In this document: positions 1-13,000 of the stretch, one piece after another
How positions within the stretch are numbered: the first letter of the stretch is position 1
Layout of the letters: each line of letters opens with the position of its first letter
Source of the DNA: Eledone cirrhosa
Taxonomy: Eukaryota
DNA length: 64,000 nucleotides
Assembly (NCBI GenBank): GCA_964016885.1
Contig: OZ024742.1
Span: 180,854,001 to 180,918,000 of the forward strand
Reading direction: 5' to 3'
Notes under the pieces: generated by a model
What the model was told of the DNA's origin: nothing
What the model saw: the letters and a program-made list of their open reading frames with translations, nothing else
The model's database searches: none
Program-made: the position numbers and the translations under genes

Positions 1-162
1 ATCAGTACATATAATCAAGGTGCTCACATGGAATACCTTTGATCGAAGATTTGCTGGATCAACACCAACTACAACCTCTCAGTAACAACAATAATAACAG
101 CAAGGACAATGTAACAACGGTGACAAAAGCAACAACTACAATTTCTCAACACCTTTTTAATA

Positions 163-345
163 ATGATTTCTACTATAGGCACAAGGCCAGCAATTTTTAA
201 AGAGGCAAGAGTCGATTAAATCGACCCCAGTGCATTACTGGTACTCTATTTTATCGACCCCATAAGGATGAAAGGCAAGTCTAACTTCGGCAGGATTTGA
301 ACCCAGAACGTAAAGGGCCATAACTCTGTGTCAATCCATCACCAC
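163..345 (-). mobile_element. tRNA-derived SINE with Meta-like core (family A)
   Basis: Reverse complement of the recurrent motif GAGTTCAAATCCCGCCGAGGTTAACTTTGCCTTTCATCCTTACGGGGTCGATAAAATAAAGTACCAG...GCTGGCCTTGTGCC; a more diverged copy follows at ~380-565. Confidence 0.8.
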
Positions 346-957
346 AACTTTATAATAATAAGAACAATTTAATAATTATTTCTAATGTAGGCACAAGGAA
401 AGTAATTTTGGAGAGAATGGTACATTGATTACATTGAACCAAGTAATTGACTGGCATCTTATTTTATCAACCATGGAAAGATTAAAAGCAAAGTTGACCT
501 TGGTGAGATTTGTACTAACATAAATACTGCAAAGCATTTGTCTCATGTTCTAATGATTTTTGCCAATCTAACCCCCCTCCCCTGCTACTTAATAACAGCA
601 AGAACAACAAGAACAACAATAAAAACAACAGCAAAAGTGTTAACATTTCAACAACACAGTAATTTCATCAGTTTCTCTACAATTTCTCAACAACAACAAT
701 TATAGAGGTAACAACAACAACAACAACAACTGCTGCAACAGTCGGGCAATGTTCTGATTTCCAATGAGTGCCAGATAAAAAGGACTAAACATTTATGAAA
801 GAAATAGGCTAATCGATCTATTATGGAAATATGATATTTTTTTGGTCTTGAGACAAATATTAACTGCCTCATAAAACATCATCATCATCATCATCATCAT
901 CATTTAACATCCATGTTCCATGCTTACATAGGTTAAACAAGTTATCACATTATGAGA

Positions 958-1022
958 CATTTCAGGTCAGGTGACCATGTTTTGCTCATATAGTGCAAAA
1001 CATGGTCACCTGACCTGAAATG
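958..1022. repeat. perfect 28-bp inverted repeat with 9-nt loop
   Basis: CATTTCAGGTCAGGTGACCATGTTTTGC-tcatatagt-GCAAAACATGGTCACCTGACCTGAAATG. Confidence 0.95.
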
Positions 1023-1136
1023 CAATGTCTTATGATATTTATTCCAGCTTTCTTTCTGTGATCTGTTTTCAAATCCTGCTGTAGCTTACTTGGATGGTAG
1101 ACTTAATCTGTTGCTTAGTTAACACCACCACTTGAT

Positions 1137-1356
1137 TCTTGGATACTTTTAGTAGAGTCTACTGCATTGCAGATCTTGGGTGCTTTTAGTAGAGTCCACT
1201 ATGTTGCAGTTCTTAGGTAATTTTAGCTGAATCCACTATGTAGCAGTTCTTGGATACTTTTAGTAGAGTCCATTGTGTTGCAGTCCTTGAGTACTTTTAG
1301 CAGAGTTTACTATGTTGCAGTTCTTGGGTACTTTCAGCAGAGTCCACTATATTGCA
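1137..1356. repeat. 37-bp minisatellite, ~6 copies
   Basis: Units like TCTTGGATACTTTTAGTAGAGTCCACTATGTTGCAGT repeated with substitutions. Confidence 0.9.
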
Positions 1357-2054
1357 TGCATCTGAGAATTGTACCTGATTTGCAGATATCCTTCTTCCTT
1401 CCTCTGACCAGTCTCAGACACCCTGAAAATGGTCATAAGCACTGCCCTTTCCTCTCTTACTAAACAGTGAAAGAAAAATTGTTGGCAATAATACCAATCT
1501 AATTCTCTATGAAGGTGGGTTGACTATGAAGTAGCGATGCTAGAGCTGTGAAATCTTATATGCATTGATTTCAACTATTCTCATTAATTAATGCATTGTT
1601 TCTTTCCAGGGACTATGTTGAAAAGTAAACTTCATTTGGTCATTCTATGAGAGTATTTTGGTCAGCCTATGAACTTTTCAGTTGACACCCATACTTTGTA
1701 TTTAATCAAGTGTTTTAATGCTATTTTCCTTATTAAAGCAGGGTTAACATTATGGGCCTTATAACAAGCTTCATAGTCATCATAGAGTCTTTGGGGGGCA
1801 TTGTTTTATGGTGGATACCCTTCCAGGCCCTAACCCATTTAGTTACTGTGTAAGACATGCAGGAATGTTGAGTACATATTCTAACCCAGATACACACAGC
1901 ATTTAGGCCAAGTCTCTTCTTCCATCTTATCAATGTTATAGGCCTTGAGTTGAGGGTACTGACCTTCCCAAACTGATTACAACACTAACAAAAACTGTTC
2001 ATCAGAAGAACAACAATATCATTGAAAACAGCAAAAACAACAACAACAAAAATA

Positions 2055-2255
2055 ATGGTTTCTAGTATAGTAATTTGGGGGGGAGGGGAAAGTCGATTAA
2101 ATCGACCCCAGTGCATAACTGGTATCTTATTTTATCGACCCTGTAAGGATGAAAGGCAAATTTAACCTTGGTGGGATTTGAACTCAGAATGTAAAGTGAT
2201 GTAACTATGCCATGAATCAAGGTGTCCGATTCTGATTCTGATTCTGCCAATCCAC
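2055..2255 (-). mobile_element. family A SINE (diverged)
   Basis: TTTTATCGACCCTGTAAGGATGAAAGGCAAA...GGATTTGAACTCAGA. Confidence 0.8.
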
Positions 2256-2519
2256 TGCTCTCAACAACACCGAAAATAATAAAAACAGCAACAATAACCA
2301 TAACAACAATCAATGTTAACATTATCAACAACACCACCAACAATAACAACATTAATATCAACAATAACAACAACAACACCACCAACAACAACAACAAAAA
2401 CACCAATAATTACAACAGGAAGAACAATAATAACAATATTTGCAATATATATCTAATCATTTTTTTAATGTTTAATATAAAGAGCTAATTCTTTCTTTTG
2501 AAGATTGTAACATGAATGT

Positions 2520-3650
2520 TTAAAATTCTAATTAAATAACATAAAGTTCACCTTTATATTTGATTTTTGTTTGTTTTTGTCTCTCACTGTCTCTTTTTAT
2601 CTTCCTCTTTTTCTCTGTTTTTTTCTTTATCTCTGAATCTATCTTTCAGTCTACTCTATCCATTTTTCTTTCTCTCTCTCACTCTCTCTTCGTCTCATTC
2701 AGTCTATTCTTTCTCTTTTTCTCTTACTCTCTCTCTTCCTTTCATTCAGTTTAATCTCTCACTCACTTTCTTTTTCTCTCTATTTTCTTCTCTTACATTC
2801 AACTCTCTCCCTTTTTCTCTCAATCTCTCACTCTGTCTTCCTCTTATACAGTCTACTTTCTCCCTTTCTTTCTCTCCCATTTTCTCTTTGTTTCTTAGTC
2901 TAGCTTCCTTCCTTTCAATCCACTTTCTCTTCTCTTTTTCTCATTGTCTTTAACTTTCCATGGCAGTATCGGTAGAGGGTCGGACACCATGCTTTCCAGC
3001 ATAGTTACGTCCCTTTACTATCTGAGTTCAAATCCCGCCGAGGGTAACTTTGCCTTTCATCCTTACGGGGTCGATAAAATAAAGTACCAGTAATGCACTG
3101 GGTAATTGCTGGCCTTGTGCCTAAAGTAGAAACAATTATTTCTACCCTCCTTCTCATGTCTTCATCAATTTGTTTCTGTTCCCATCATCTCATCTCTCTC
3201 TCCCTCTACCCCTATCTTTCTCTACTCCTCTCCCTCTCTCCTCTCTCTCTCTCTCTCTCCCTCTCTATCCCTGCCTCACTCTCCCCTCTCCCCATCTCAC
3301 CACCTTCTCCACCCCCACTCTCTCCCCTATCCCCCTATCTCTCCCCCTCTCTACCAGCCTACTTCTTCCTCATCATTACATATCTATCTATCAATGACTA
3401 CCTCCTTCTCTTTCTCCACATCTCACTTTCTCTTTCATCCATCTTTATTTTAAACCCTCTCTAATTGGTTCACATGCTCTCCTCATTTTCTTTCTCAATC
3501 TCTGTCAATCCTTAACCCCCACTCTCTTTATTTTTCCCTTTTCTCTTATATGATTTTCGTAAACACTTTATTTCTACTCTCTCTCTTTCAACTCTTTATC
3601 TTCTCTCTCTCTTTCTTTTAACCATTTCTCTCTCTCTTCTTCTTCCCTAG
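2520..3650. repeat. pyrimidine-rich (CT)-type low-complexity tract
   Basis: Long degenerate TC/CT runs; source of the F/L/S-rich ORFs. Confidence 0.85.
2961..3140 (+). mobile_element. family A SINE (young)
   Basis: TGGCAGTATCGGTAGAG (A-box-like), GAGTTCAAATCCC (B-box), Meta-like core, ends AAAGTAGAAACAATTATT. Confidence 0.9.
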
Positions 3651-3961
3651 GCACTACTAAGGACTTCAAAATCCATAGTAACCTTTCCTGTCATCCCACA
3701 CTCATCTTTAGATAGTTAATCTAATCCAAATTTATTTTAAAGTCTTGTTTTAATCCAATGAATACCCCTAAATGTTCTGCATCAACATTAGATAACAATG
3801 ATTATAGAATCTGTTTGAGTGTAGCTGGTAACTGGTGCACTTAAGATGGTAACTTGGTACAAAGAGGAGACAACTAATTGCTGCCCTGTATTTACTGTCA
3901 GTTCTCTGCCTACTTCCTTCAATTCAAATTGTTTCGTTATAGACTTAAATCCATTAACCAT

Positions 3962-4325
3962 CTTATTCTTTTGGTTTCAGTCAATTGACTGCGACCATGC
4001 TGTGGCAATGCTTTGAAGGAGGAATTTAATCACTCATATCAACCCCAGTACTTATTTTTTTCAAGTGTAGTACTTATTCTATCAGCTGCTTTTTGTCGAA
4101 CTGCTAAGTCATAGGACATAAAGAAACATCAAATATAAACAAAGATACACACACACACACATTTATATACAACAGGCTTCTACAGAGTTCCCATCTACCA
4201 AACTCCACTGACAAAACATTCCTCAATCTGAGGCTGTAATAGAAAACACTTGCCTGAGGTGCCACAGTGGAACTGAATGTGAAATCACATAGTTTTGAAA
4301 AGGACTCCTTAAATATATGGCTATA
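3962..4325 (-). mobile_element. CORE-type SINE (octopus OR-like family), diverged
   Basis: Minus strand CACTGTGGCACCTCAGGCAAGTGTTTTCTATTACAGCCTCAG...GAGTTTGGTAGATGGGAACTCTGTAGAAGCC; similar fragments at ~11990-12100, 14915-15000, 31425-31580. Confidence 0.6.
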
Positions 4326-4785
4326 CTTTTGCCTAATAGTTCTTCTTCTCCTACTTATTCCTGAGAGGGTTGTGAGGGAAGATTCCTCAAACACTCCGTC
4401 TAGTGGAACAGGATCCCCAAGCAAGACCAGCTGTTATCCACCCATTTTGCTCTGGATCTACACCTGGGTCTCCTACCTAATTTTTATTCAATTTAATTTA
4501 ATGGGGAACAACAATGCTGTTGGTTATATATGTTCAACAAATCGTAAATACTAATGATGATGATGACAAAAGACATATAGGAAACGATATACATATATAG
4601 AGTCTTGATTTAAGTATTTTCAGAGGTGAAAATATCATAGCTACCGCAGTAACAGAGCGGGAATGTTAAATATATGTATATAAATGTATTATATATGTTT
4701 TAATATACAACTCTGACTTTGTCTGTCTCCCCCCTCTATTTCTCTCTCTCTATATATATATATATCTAAGGCGGGTAAAATTCCC

Positions 4786-5013
4786 GAGATCCATGGACGA
4801 GTTCTCTCCAGCAGTCTCTGTCCCTCATTATCGCTGCCATGTTCTGCGTCTCCAACAGACCAGTGTCTGTCCTTAGGGCATCAACATACGTTAAACTTGG
4901 TCTTCCTCTTATAGTGTCCATGTAGGGGCTCCCACAGGAGCACTGAGTGCAATGTCAACTCTGGATGTTGGTGAGCATGTCCAGCTAACCACAGTCTCCT
5001 CTGTATTTGGGAG
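4786..5013 (-). mobile_element. RTE-group LINE 3' fragment
   Basis: Translates QRRLWLAGHAHQHPE...LLWEPLHG...RPSLTYVDALRTDTGL...RDRDCWRELV, a typical RTE/RTE-X ORF2 C-terminus; flanked by (TA)n. Confidence 0.75.
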
Positions 5014-5044
5014 CAAAGATATATATATATAAATATATATACAT

Positions 5045-5080
<36 letters not shown>

Positions 5081-5216
5081 GTGAGAGAAGTAGGTAAATA
5101 TACAAGCATAAAAAATGACAGGGTTTATGGTAAAAATATTTTATCTAATAATTCCTTGATTACAACATTCTATGTAAATATATTTCAATCGTTCATTTTC
5201 CTTGGCATTATTTCTC

Positions 5217-5410
5217 TTGCGGTGGATTGGCAGTATCGGTAGAGAGTCGGACACCATGCTTTGAAGCATAGAGTTACGTCTCTTTATGATCTGAGTTCAA
5301 ATCTCGCCGAGGTTAACTTTGCCTTTCATCCTTACGGGGTCGATAAAATAAAGTACCAGTAATGCACTGGGTAATTGCTGGCCTTGTGCCAAATGTAGAA
5401 AAAATTATTT
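5217..5410 (+). mobile_element. family A SINE
   Basis: Full head-to-tail match to the 2961-3140 copy. Confidence 0.9.
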
Positions 5411-5930
5411 CTCTTGCCCCTCTGGCCGTAGCTCTATTTCATTTTACATTTATTTAAATCAATTAAAATTTTCTTCTATATTTCCTTTAATTATTAGCAA
5501 AAATATATGTACTAAATTATGATGAATTGTTACACCTATGTATCTAGCTAGTTATGTATCTTTAGACTATTGGGAATTGTGTTTTGTTACTGTTCAAAAG
5601 TAAATACATTTGTAAATATATATAAATAGATAACAATAGATTAACAGACAGACAGACAGGTAGGTGGGTAGGTATGGAGATAATTAGGTATGTAGTTAGC
5701 TAGGCATAAAACTAAACATAAATGTTTTTTACTGTCTGAAGATATATAGATATATAAGTAAATAACTATAGATAACTGTCGGTGGACCTCTGACCATCTT
5801 GACATCACTAAGAGAGAGATACAGAGAAAGATATCAAATTACCATTTCCCAAACAAAAATAGCACTATGTGATAATCACCTGACAGTGATGCTTGATTAT
5901 AAAGATATATGCATACATAAAGTAAAGGAG

Positions 5931-6270
5931 TAAAGACCCCCTTCGGCCATGAATGACTATGGGATTTGTATCTAGAAAGTTCCCTTCTGAGGCACAAGTC
6001 CGGGCAAGGTTGTTTGTGGAAGACTAGCAGTAGCCTATGCATACCAGTCTCCCCTCTCCTCGCCACTGATGCAGTCCAAGGGAAAAGCAATGGCTGATAA
6101 AGCTTGGCACTAGTGACATTGCAACATACAGCTGAGTGAACTAGAGCAGTGTGAAATAAAATGCAAAGCCTGATACAACGCAAAGTGCAACGCAAAAGTT
6201 GGTTTGAGAATTGAACTCATAACCTCATGATTGTAAGCCCGACGCTCTAATGACTAAGCCTTGTACCTTC
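5931..6270 (-). mobile_element. tRNA-head CORE-type SINE with distinct 3' body
   Basis: Minus strand GGCTTAGTCATTAGAGCGTCGGGC...GAGTTCAATTCTC head, TTTATTTCACACTGCTCTAGTTCACTCAGCTG core. Confidence 0.7.
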
Positions 6271-6599
6271 ACTATATAAAGTAATACATACATTAAAATA
6301 ATACCAAAATACACATATCAACACATATGTGCATTGACAGATACCAATGTAAGCACATATACTACATGAATACACAAAATGTCTGCCACCACCAATTCAT
6401 CTTTCGACATCTTATATTTTCTCTCCATTCTCAATATCCTTTCACAAAAATATGAGTGAATGAAAGAACATTTCAACAGTTTAAAGAAATCACAATGTTT
6501 CCTGTAAGATATTTTTCTTCCTTAAAACAAACCTACATACCAGATAAAGTGGTTTTGTCTGCATATATGTATATAGGTGTATTATGTATGTACACGCAT

Positions 6600-6637
<38 letters not shown>

Positions 6638-6713
6638 ATGCATGTACATACATAATACACATATATACATATATAATATACACCAACATGATACATATTT
6701 ATACCTTTATAAA

Positions 6714-6791
<78 letters not shown>

Positions 6792-6834
6792 TTTATAAAG
6801 GTATAAATATGTATCATGTTGGTGTATATTATAG

Positions 6835-6867
<33 letters not shown>

Positions 6868-6939
6868 CATATATATATATATATATACATATATTTATAA
6901 AGGTATAAATATGTATCATGTTGGTGTATATTATATATA

Positions 6940-6969
<30 letters not shown>

Positions 6970-6974
<5 letters not shown>

Positions 6975-7200
6975 TTAGGAATGGTCATGTTGCAAGTATT
7001 GGCAATAAAAAAGAAACACATGCACCATATAATTTTACCTTTTTCACTTTATCTTTATTACTTGTTATTTTTTAGTTCAACAAAGTTCTTTCATCACACA
7101 TTCTGTGACCTCTTAATAACTATGTTTTCTTTTGTACTTCCTCTTCGTGCTGATTCTAATCTGCTACTTCATTTTGTCTTTTCTTTTTTTTTTTTTAAAG
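6970..7200 (-). mobile_element. diverged copy of the hammerhead-bearing fold-back family at 9649-10136
   Basis: GGTCATGTTGC...AAGAAACACATGCACC and AAAGTTCTTTCATCACACATTCTGTGACCTCTTAATAAC match the 9.7-10.1 kb element; HHR core decayed to TTAAGA. Confidence 0.7.
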
Positions 7201-7500
7201 GAAAAGAATGACTTCACTTGTAGTTCTAAATAATTTGATTTAATTTTATAATATTATGATTCTAAAATTTGGTTTTGTAGCTCTAGTAAGTTCTTTGTTA
7301 ACTTCGGTGGGGAGATTTTTAAAGATTCATGGTTAACTTTCCTAAAGGACTTTCTCTCCTCATTGGCGATTGTCAAACTAAGATCAGGTTGTGTGACTCT
7401 ATATATAAGAGGAATTTGGGTGAGTCTGAGGGGGCTTGTTAATGAGTGTGTGAGTGAAGGAGTGTTGATGAAGATTTAAAGGAATTAAAGCATATATATC

Positions 7501-8998
7501 ATCATCATCATCATCATTTTACGTCTGCTTTTCCCTGCTACCAAGGGTGGGATGGATCCTATTCAGCACTGCATCTCTCCACTTGTCACGGTCCTTCGTC
7601 ATCTCCTCCGTGAGCTTCAGCGATCTGAGGTCCACTCTCACCACCTCCGCCCATGTTTTCCGTGGTCTTCCTCTACTGCGTCTTCCTTCTACTAGCATTT
7701 CTTAGCACTTCTTTACCCAGTGGTCATCCTCCATGCACATCACATGTCCATACCATCGCAGTCTTTTCTCCCACACACTACAACTTATCCCTCTTGTACA
7801 CAGTTTCTCTACCTGCTAGTTTGCCTGATATCCCTCTACATCTCTTGTGTACCCAAGATCTGCATTGTGTACATTTTATAGAGTTTATGCCAGTTCCTTT
7901 TCTACATATCGAACATGGCCATTTCCCTGACAGAATCAGTTTTGTCCTCTTTTCTACTTATCAACACTTTTGTCTTAGCTATGTTCACTCTCAGTCCTCT
8001 TGATTCCAACTGCTGTTTTCATAGCCAGAATTTATTATCTAGCTGCTCTACTGATTCTGTTATAAGAACCAGATCGCAGCATAGAGAAGTTCCCATGGGC
8101 AGCCAGTCTTAAACTCCTCTGTTATGGCTTCGAAGTCTATAATGAATAAGAGCGGGCTGAGGACCGAACCCTGAATGGGGTACCCTATCAAAGGCCTTCT
8201 CTAGGTTAACAAAAGCTAAGTATAGTGGCTTATTCTTCTCTAAGAACCTCTCTTGTAGTTGCTTCACTAAGAAGAGGGCATCTGTTGTACTTTTCCCAGC
8301 CCAAAACCAAACTTCATCTCTTTGACCCTTTCTCTAATTAGTTGCGCTAGTATTCCTTCTGCCACTTTCATAATCTGATCCATCAGTTTTACGCCCCTAT
8401 AATTGCTTCTCTCCAGATCATCCCATTTACCAATTTATGAGAATACTGCTGCACCAGTCTTTGGGTATGTCTCCGCCATATACAGCTTGATTGATGATGC
8501 GTGCAACCAGTTTAGTACCTACTTCTCCTGATGCCTTCAGCATCTCAGCAACTATCCCTGACGGTCCAGCGGCCTTACCATTTTTCATTTCCTTAATTGC
8601 CTCTTGTACCCTATATTCGTCAATCTCAATAGCTGGTCCCTCTGTCGGGTTTACTGGGAGTAGTTTCTCTCTCTCCCATTCGTTCTCCACATTCATCAGC
8701 CTCTCATAATGACATTTCCATGCCTCCTTTTTCTGATCATTATTGACACTAAGTACACCAGCATCATTCCAGACACATTTATCTCCAACAACATCCTGAT
8801 TTACACTGACACACTGCCTTGCAATGCGGAATACCACATGTCTCTGATTTTCCGCTTGCAGGACATTGGCAAACCTCCTACTCTCAGCCTCCCTGCGTGC
8901 TAAGTACACCTGATATCTAGCTTCTCTCTTAGTGGCTGTGTATTGGTCTCTACTCCCACCATTTTTCCAAGAGTTCCATGCTAGTCTTTTGTTTCTAT
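7501..8998 (-). mobile_element. RTE LINE, 5'-truncated and internally deleted
   Basis: Co-linear with 39836-41900; ORF 8427-9029 (KNGKAAGPSGIVAEMLK), AFVNLEKAFDR, (GAT)n tail at 7501. Confidence 0.9.
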
Positions 8999-9136
8999 AT
9001 ATACAGAAAATAGTGAATGGTAACAGCAAGGTAATTGATTGGGAATGGTGTTGGGGTGTTTAAGGAGTGTTTAAGAAAGGGGTTGTAAAAGTGCCCTCCA
9101 GCTGGTTCCATTTCAATAAATGACCTTTAATGAATA

Positions 9137-9325
9137 TAATTGTTTCTACTTTAGGCACAAGGCCAGCAATTACCCAGTACATTACTGGTACTTTATTTTA
9201 TCGACCCTGTAAGGATGAAAGGCAAAGTTAACCTCGGCGGGATTTGAACTCAGACTGTAAAGGGACGTAACTATGCTAGAAAGCACGGTGTCCAACACTC
9301 TACCGATACTGCCAATTCATTGCCC
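9137..9325 (-). mobile_element. family A SINE with target-site duplication
   Basis: Flanked by CCTTTAATGAATATAAT at ~9124 and ~9324. Confidence 0.9.
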
Positions 9326-9478
9326 TTTAATGAATATAATGGTAGGATGTTTTTCAAATTCTTTTCTTATAGCTGAATCAACTACCTTAAATTTATAAAG
9401 AATACCTTCAACAATTTTCTATATTAAAGATGAATTTGGGTGTGCGTCTGGTGGTGGTGTGGTTATATATATTGATAA

Positions 9479-9569
9479 TTGATCAACTTTCGTCAAATCA
9501 GACCTAGGAAACAATGTTTCTATTGGTCTTTCCAATTTCTAATACTCTCTATCTGTTGCAACTCCAGGT

Positions 9570-9570
<1 letters not shown>
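9479..9570 (-). mobile_element. 3' fragment of the SINE at 50788-51010
   Basis: Reverse complement matches ACCTGGAGTTGCAAC...GGAAAGACCAA...GATTTGACGAAAGTCGATC at 50913-51001. Confidence 0.75.
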
Positions 9571-9648
<78 letters not shown>

Positions 9649-9650
<2 letters not shown>

Positions 9651-10128
9651 TTTCTGAATTTGATTAGCAAGATTATTTATCTAAAAACATGTGTTGAAAC
9701 CGATATTGTTATGCTTTGGGAGGGTCATGTTGCCAATAAGAAACACATGCACCAGTTGCTTTCACTTCGATTTATTATAAATTAAATTTATAAATTTAGG
9801 AATTTATAAATTTCCGGTTGGTTGGTTGGTTCCACAACCAGACGATTGTTCATATATTGTCAAAGTTCTTTCGTCACCTTGTTTTTTCCAAAACAAGATG
9901 ACGTAGGACAGAACAAAGGAGAGGCACAAAAACAAAGAAAAGAATCCCCAGTCACTGAAGAGGTCACATAATGTGTGACGAAAGAAGTTTGACACTATAT
10001 GAACAATCGTCTGGTTGTGGAACCAACCAACCAACCGGAAATTTATAAATTCCTAAATTTATAATAAATTGAAGTGAAAGCAACTGGTGCTTGTGTTTCT
10101 TATTGGCAACATGACCCTCCCAAAGCAT

Positions 10129-10136
<8 letters not shown>
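9649..10136. mobile_element. non-autonomous Penelope-like fold-back element in (TA)n
   Basis: Inverted arms 9703-9877 / 9975-10136, unpaired 54-nt tail 9649-9702, HHR motif at 9951-9993, (TA)n on both sides. Confidence 0.8.
9951..9993 (+). ncRNA. minimal type I hammerhead ribozyme motif
   Basis: GUCA-CUGAAGA-g-GUCACA(uaaug)UGUGAC-GAAA-gaag-UU-UGAC; stem I GUCA/UGAC, vestigial helix III. Confidence 0.65.
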
Positions 10137-10167
<31 letters not shown>

Positions 10168-12554
10168 GAATGACCTTACATAAAGATGGTAATGTACTCA
10201 ATTCCTAATTGCTATAAAACTCTTCCAGACTGTAAGTTCATTCACTTACTTATCTGATCTTCTTATGTCATATATATGTCATATATATATGACATATATA
10301 GTTCAAAGAAACGTCAAAACAGAGGTATGAAAATCTTATTAGTTTTATGCTTTATATGGAAAAAGGGAAAGAAAGTTCGATGTGTAAGGCTTTAGCCCTT
10401 CTTCAGGTGTACCAAACATATATACACACATGGTATTTGAGACATTTTGTCTAAGCAATTCTTCCTTTTGAATTATAGTAGTGCTCCTAAAAATAATATT
10501 TTTAATTTTAAATCAATTGATCTGGCTTAAGGTTCTAACAGTGGCTCTTTTTACCACTCTGGTTGACCTGGGCATTTGTCAGACAATATGATTAATAGTT
10601 ATTTACATTTATTGGATTTGGTGTATATATACTCGTATATATATGTGTGTGTGTGTGTACATACCGATTGTTAGGGAAATTATGAGATGCAATAGTTTAT
10701 GTTTTTGTCGCATCTCCAATGGAGGAGTGGATTCGTGGTAAGATTGAGGGAGGTCATAGGGATGATAAGTAAAGTAAATCATGTGTAGGTAACAATAGGT
10801 TATGATCTCAGATAACTTTGGTTGGCTGATGTTTCTACTAAGTGAAACGATTTCATACAGGCCCCTTTCAATGGCTCACATTTCATGAATTATTCTTTAC
10901 TGTCACCTTACTTTTAACACAATCTAACCATTCTGTTGGAATTTCAGGAAAGTAATTCAATTCCTAACAAAACACCAGCCTACATCCTAAAGTTAGGAAA
11001 GAAATATAATCAGGTTTCACCTGTCATACTGTAGAAGATTAAAACCATGAATTTCGTGGAACTTTGTAGCTCTACTTTATAAACATTTCCCAGCTGACAT
11101 TTAGGTAAGACAATTTATTCAATAAAAATAAGATAAAGGTCAGTTACAGTTGCGTCTGGAATATAGGAAGCATTATATAAAAAATATAATGACAGGGTAC
11201 AAAGATAATAAATAGTTGCAGAATATATATGGAACTAAAAATGTGAAAATTCTGAATACTTATTGAGGGATATTTGAGAAAATGTAATGTTTACTATCGT
11301 ATGGTTAAAGCCAGCAAAATTAAGGATGGTATAGAAGATTTAGAGACAATCATGATCATCTTCTTCACGCTCATTTTTCCTTGCTTGTATGGGTTGGACA
11401 AGATCTTTTATCTGGTAGGTTTTCTATTGCTGGATGCCTATAACTTCTTCTAAGTTTGATATATTCTGCTGGCAATTGTTGAGCTATTATGCTGCAGAAT
11501 GTATCATTTGTGATGAGTAGAGATAAATTGTTGTCACTGCAGGTTGTATGAGTAGTATTGATATGTTATTTTCAGCAACTAGTACCCCCCCCCCCCCACA
11601 CACACACACACATATAAATTGTGTGTGTGTTAGTGACATGAGAAAAAGCACCCATTCCACAGTGTATGGTGGTCATTTCAGTGAAACAACAAAAAAATAA
11701 ATAATCCAGTCTACACTGTAAAGTGGTTGGTATTAGGAAGGGCATCAAACCATAGAAACCAAGTCAATATACTAATCAGCATGGTCTCCAAATGATGATG
11801 ATGATGATATGTATATATATATATATATATAGAGAGAGAGATAGATCAAAATAAAATTACTTCAATCATATTATACCATAAATAGCTCAAATGCTTATAG
11901 AGGCTAAAAACTATATTTTATGGAGCTTCATTCATACAAATTATATTTAGGAATGATACAATAGGCCTTTTCATACTATTACTGTTTCCCATAGCATTGG
12001 TCAGTCTGAGACTATAATAGAAGACACTTGCCCATGGTGCCAAATCACTGGACAAAACCCAAGACAATGAGGCTGCAAAACCAACTTCTTAACCACACAG
12101 TTAATATTTCAGTGTAAATAATATTAGACTTTAGTAAACATTAATTCGAGAGAAGAAAGCAGAAGAGGTAGAATAACAGGCCAGGGATCATCTATTTATT
12201 TCTTGCTGTAGGACTCTATTATTGATTAAATTACAAAATGATTACCATTCTTTCTTCTCAAATAAAAAAATTAAAAATATAATTAAAACTAGATCTACGG
12301 TAGATCTGAAACATAACAATTATTTATAGTTTAGGAAATGATTTTCTTCTTCAAAAGAATTTTTAATTCCTGTCAGGTTGAGATACATACACATACATTA
12401 ATGCAATCACATGAATAAAAACACTACAAATAAGTTAACAAAAGGAAAAAAGAGCAGGTACATACACCCACAATTACACAGCAAGAGATTATGACATTAC
12501 ATTTCCTCAGTTGCAACAAGGAATGTTGGATTTACACATTCTCAATGACACACT

Positions 12555-12745
12555 ATAATTGTTTCTACTTTAGGCACAAGGCCAGCAATTACCCAGTGTA
12601 TTACTGGTACTTTATTTTTATCGACCCTGTAAGGATGAAAGGCAAAGTCAACCTCGGCGGGATTTGAACTCAGATCGTAAAGGGACGTAACTATGCTGGA
12701 AAGCATGGCGTCCGACTCTCTACCGATACTGCCAATCCACCGCCC
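12555..12745 (-). mobile_element. family A SINE with TSD
   Basis: TGACACACTATA at 12546 and 12746 flanks a full copy. Confidence 0.9.
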
Positions 12746-12795
12746 TGACACACTATATACTTTCCGCCCTGACACACTATAATACACTACAACAA

Positions 12796-13000
12796 GGGAT
12801 GCTTGTGTCACACTTCCTCAGTTACGCATTACCACAGGGAATGCTTGTGTCACACTTCCTCAGTTACGCCTTACCACAGGAATGCTTATGTCACACTTCC
12901 TCTGTTACACATTACCACAGGGAATGCTTATGTCACATTTCCTCAGTTACACCTTATAACAGGGAATGTTACACTCTCTCAGTTACACACTACAACAGGA
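12796..13000. repeat. ~42-bp minisatellite, ~5 copies
   Basis: GGGAATGCTTGTGTCACACTTCCTCAGTTACGCATTACCACA units. Confidence 0.9.

Noticed and set aside
1137-1356. CRISPR-like periodicity (37 bp; also 42 bp at 12796-13000)
   Set aside because: Contiguous tandem units with no unique spacers, eukaryotic context, no cas genes
2062-2488. Hydrophobic or Asn-rich ORFs (also 15123-15438, 57609-57992, 63726-63998)
   Set aside because: (AAC)n/(ATC)n low complexity overlapping SINEs
6490-7075. YIYI/CVCV-rich ORFs here and at 20581-24962, 45590-45928, 53480-53800
   Set aside because: Translations of (TA)n/(TG)n microsatellites, not genes
10254-10320. CTGATC...palindrome...GAAACGTC resembling a hammerhead
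   Set aside because: Core lacks G8/A9 and stem I is absent; the palindrome is TA-repeat derived
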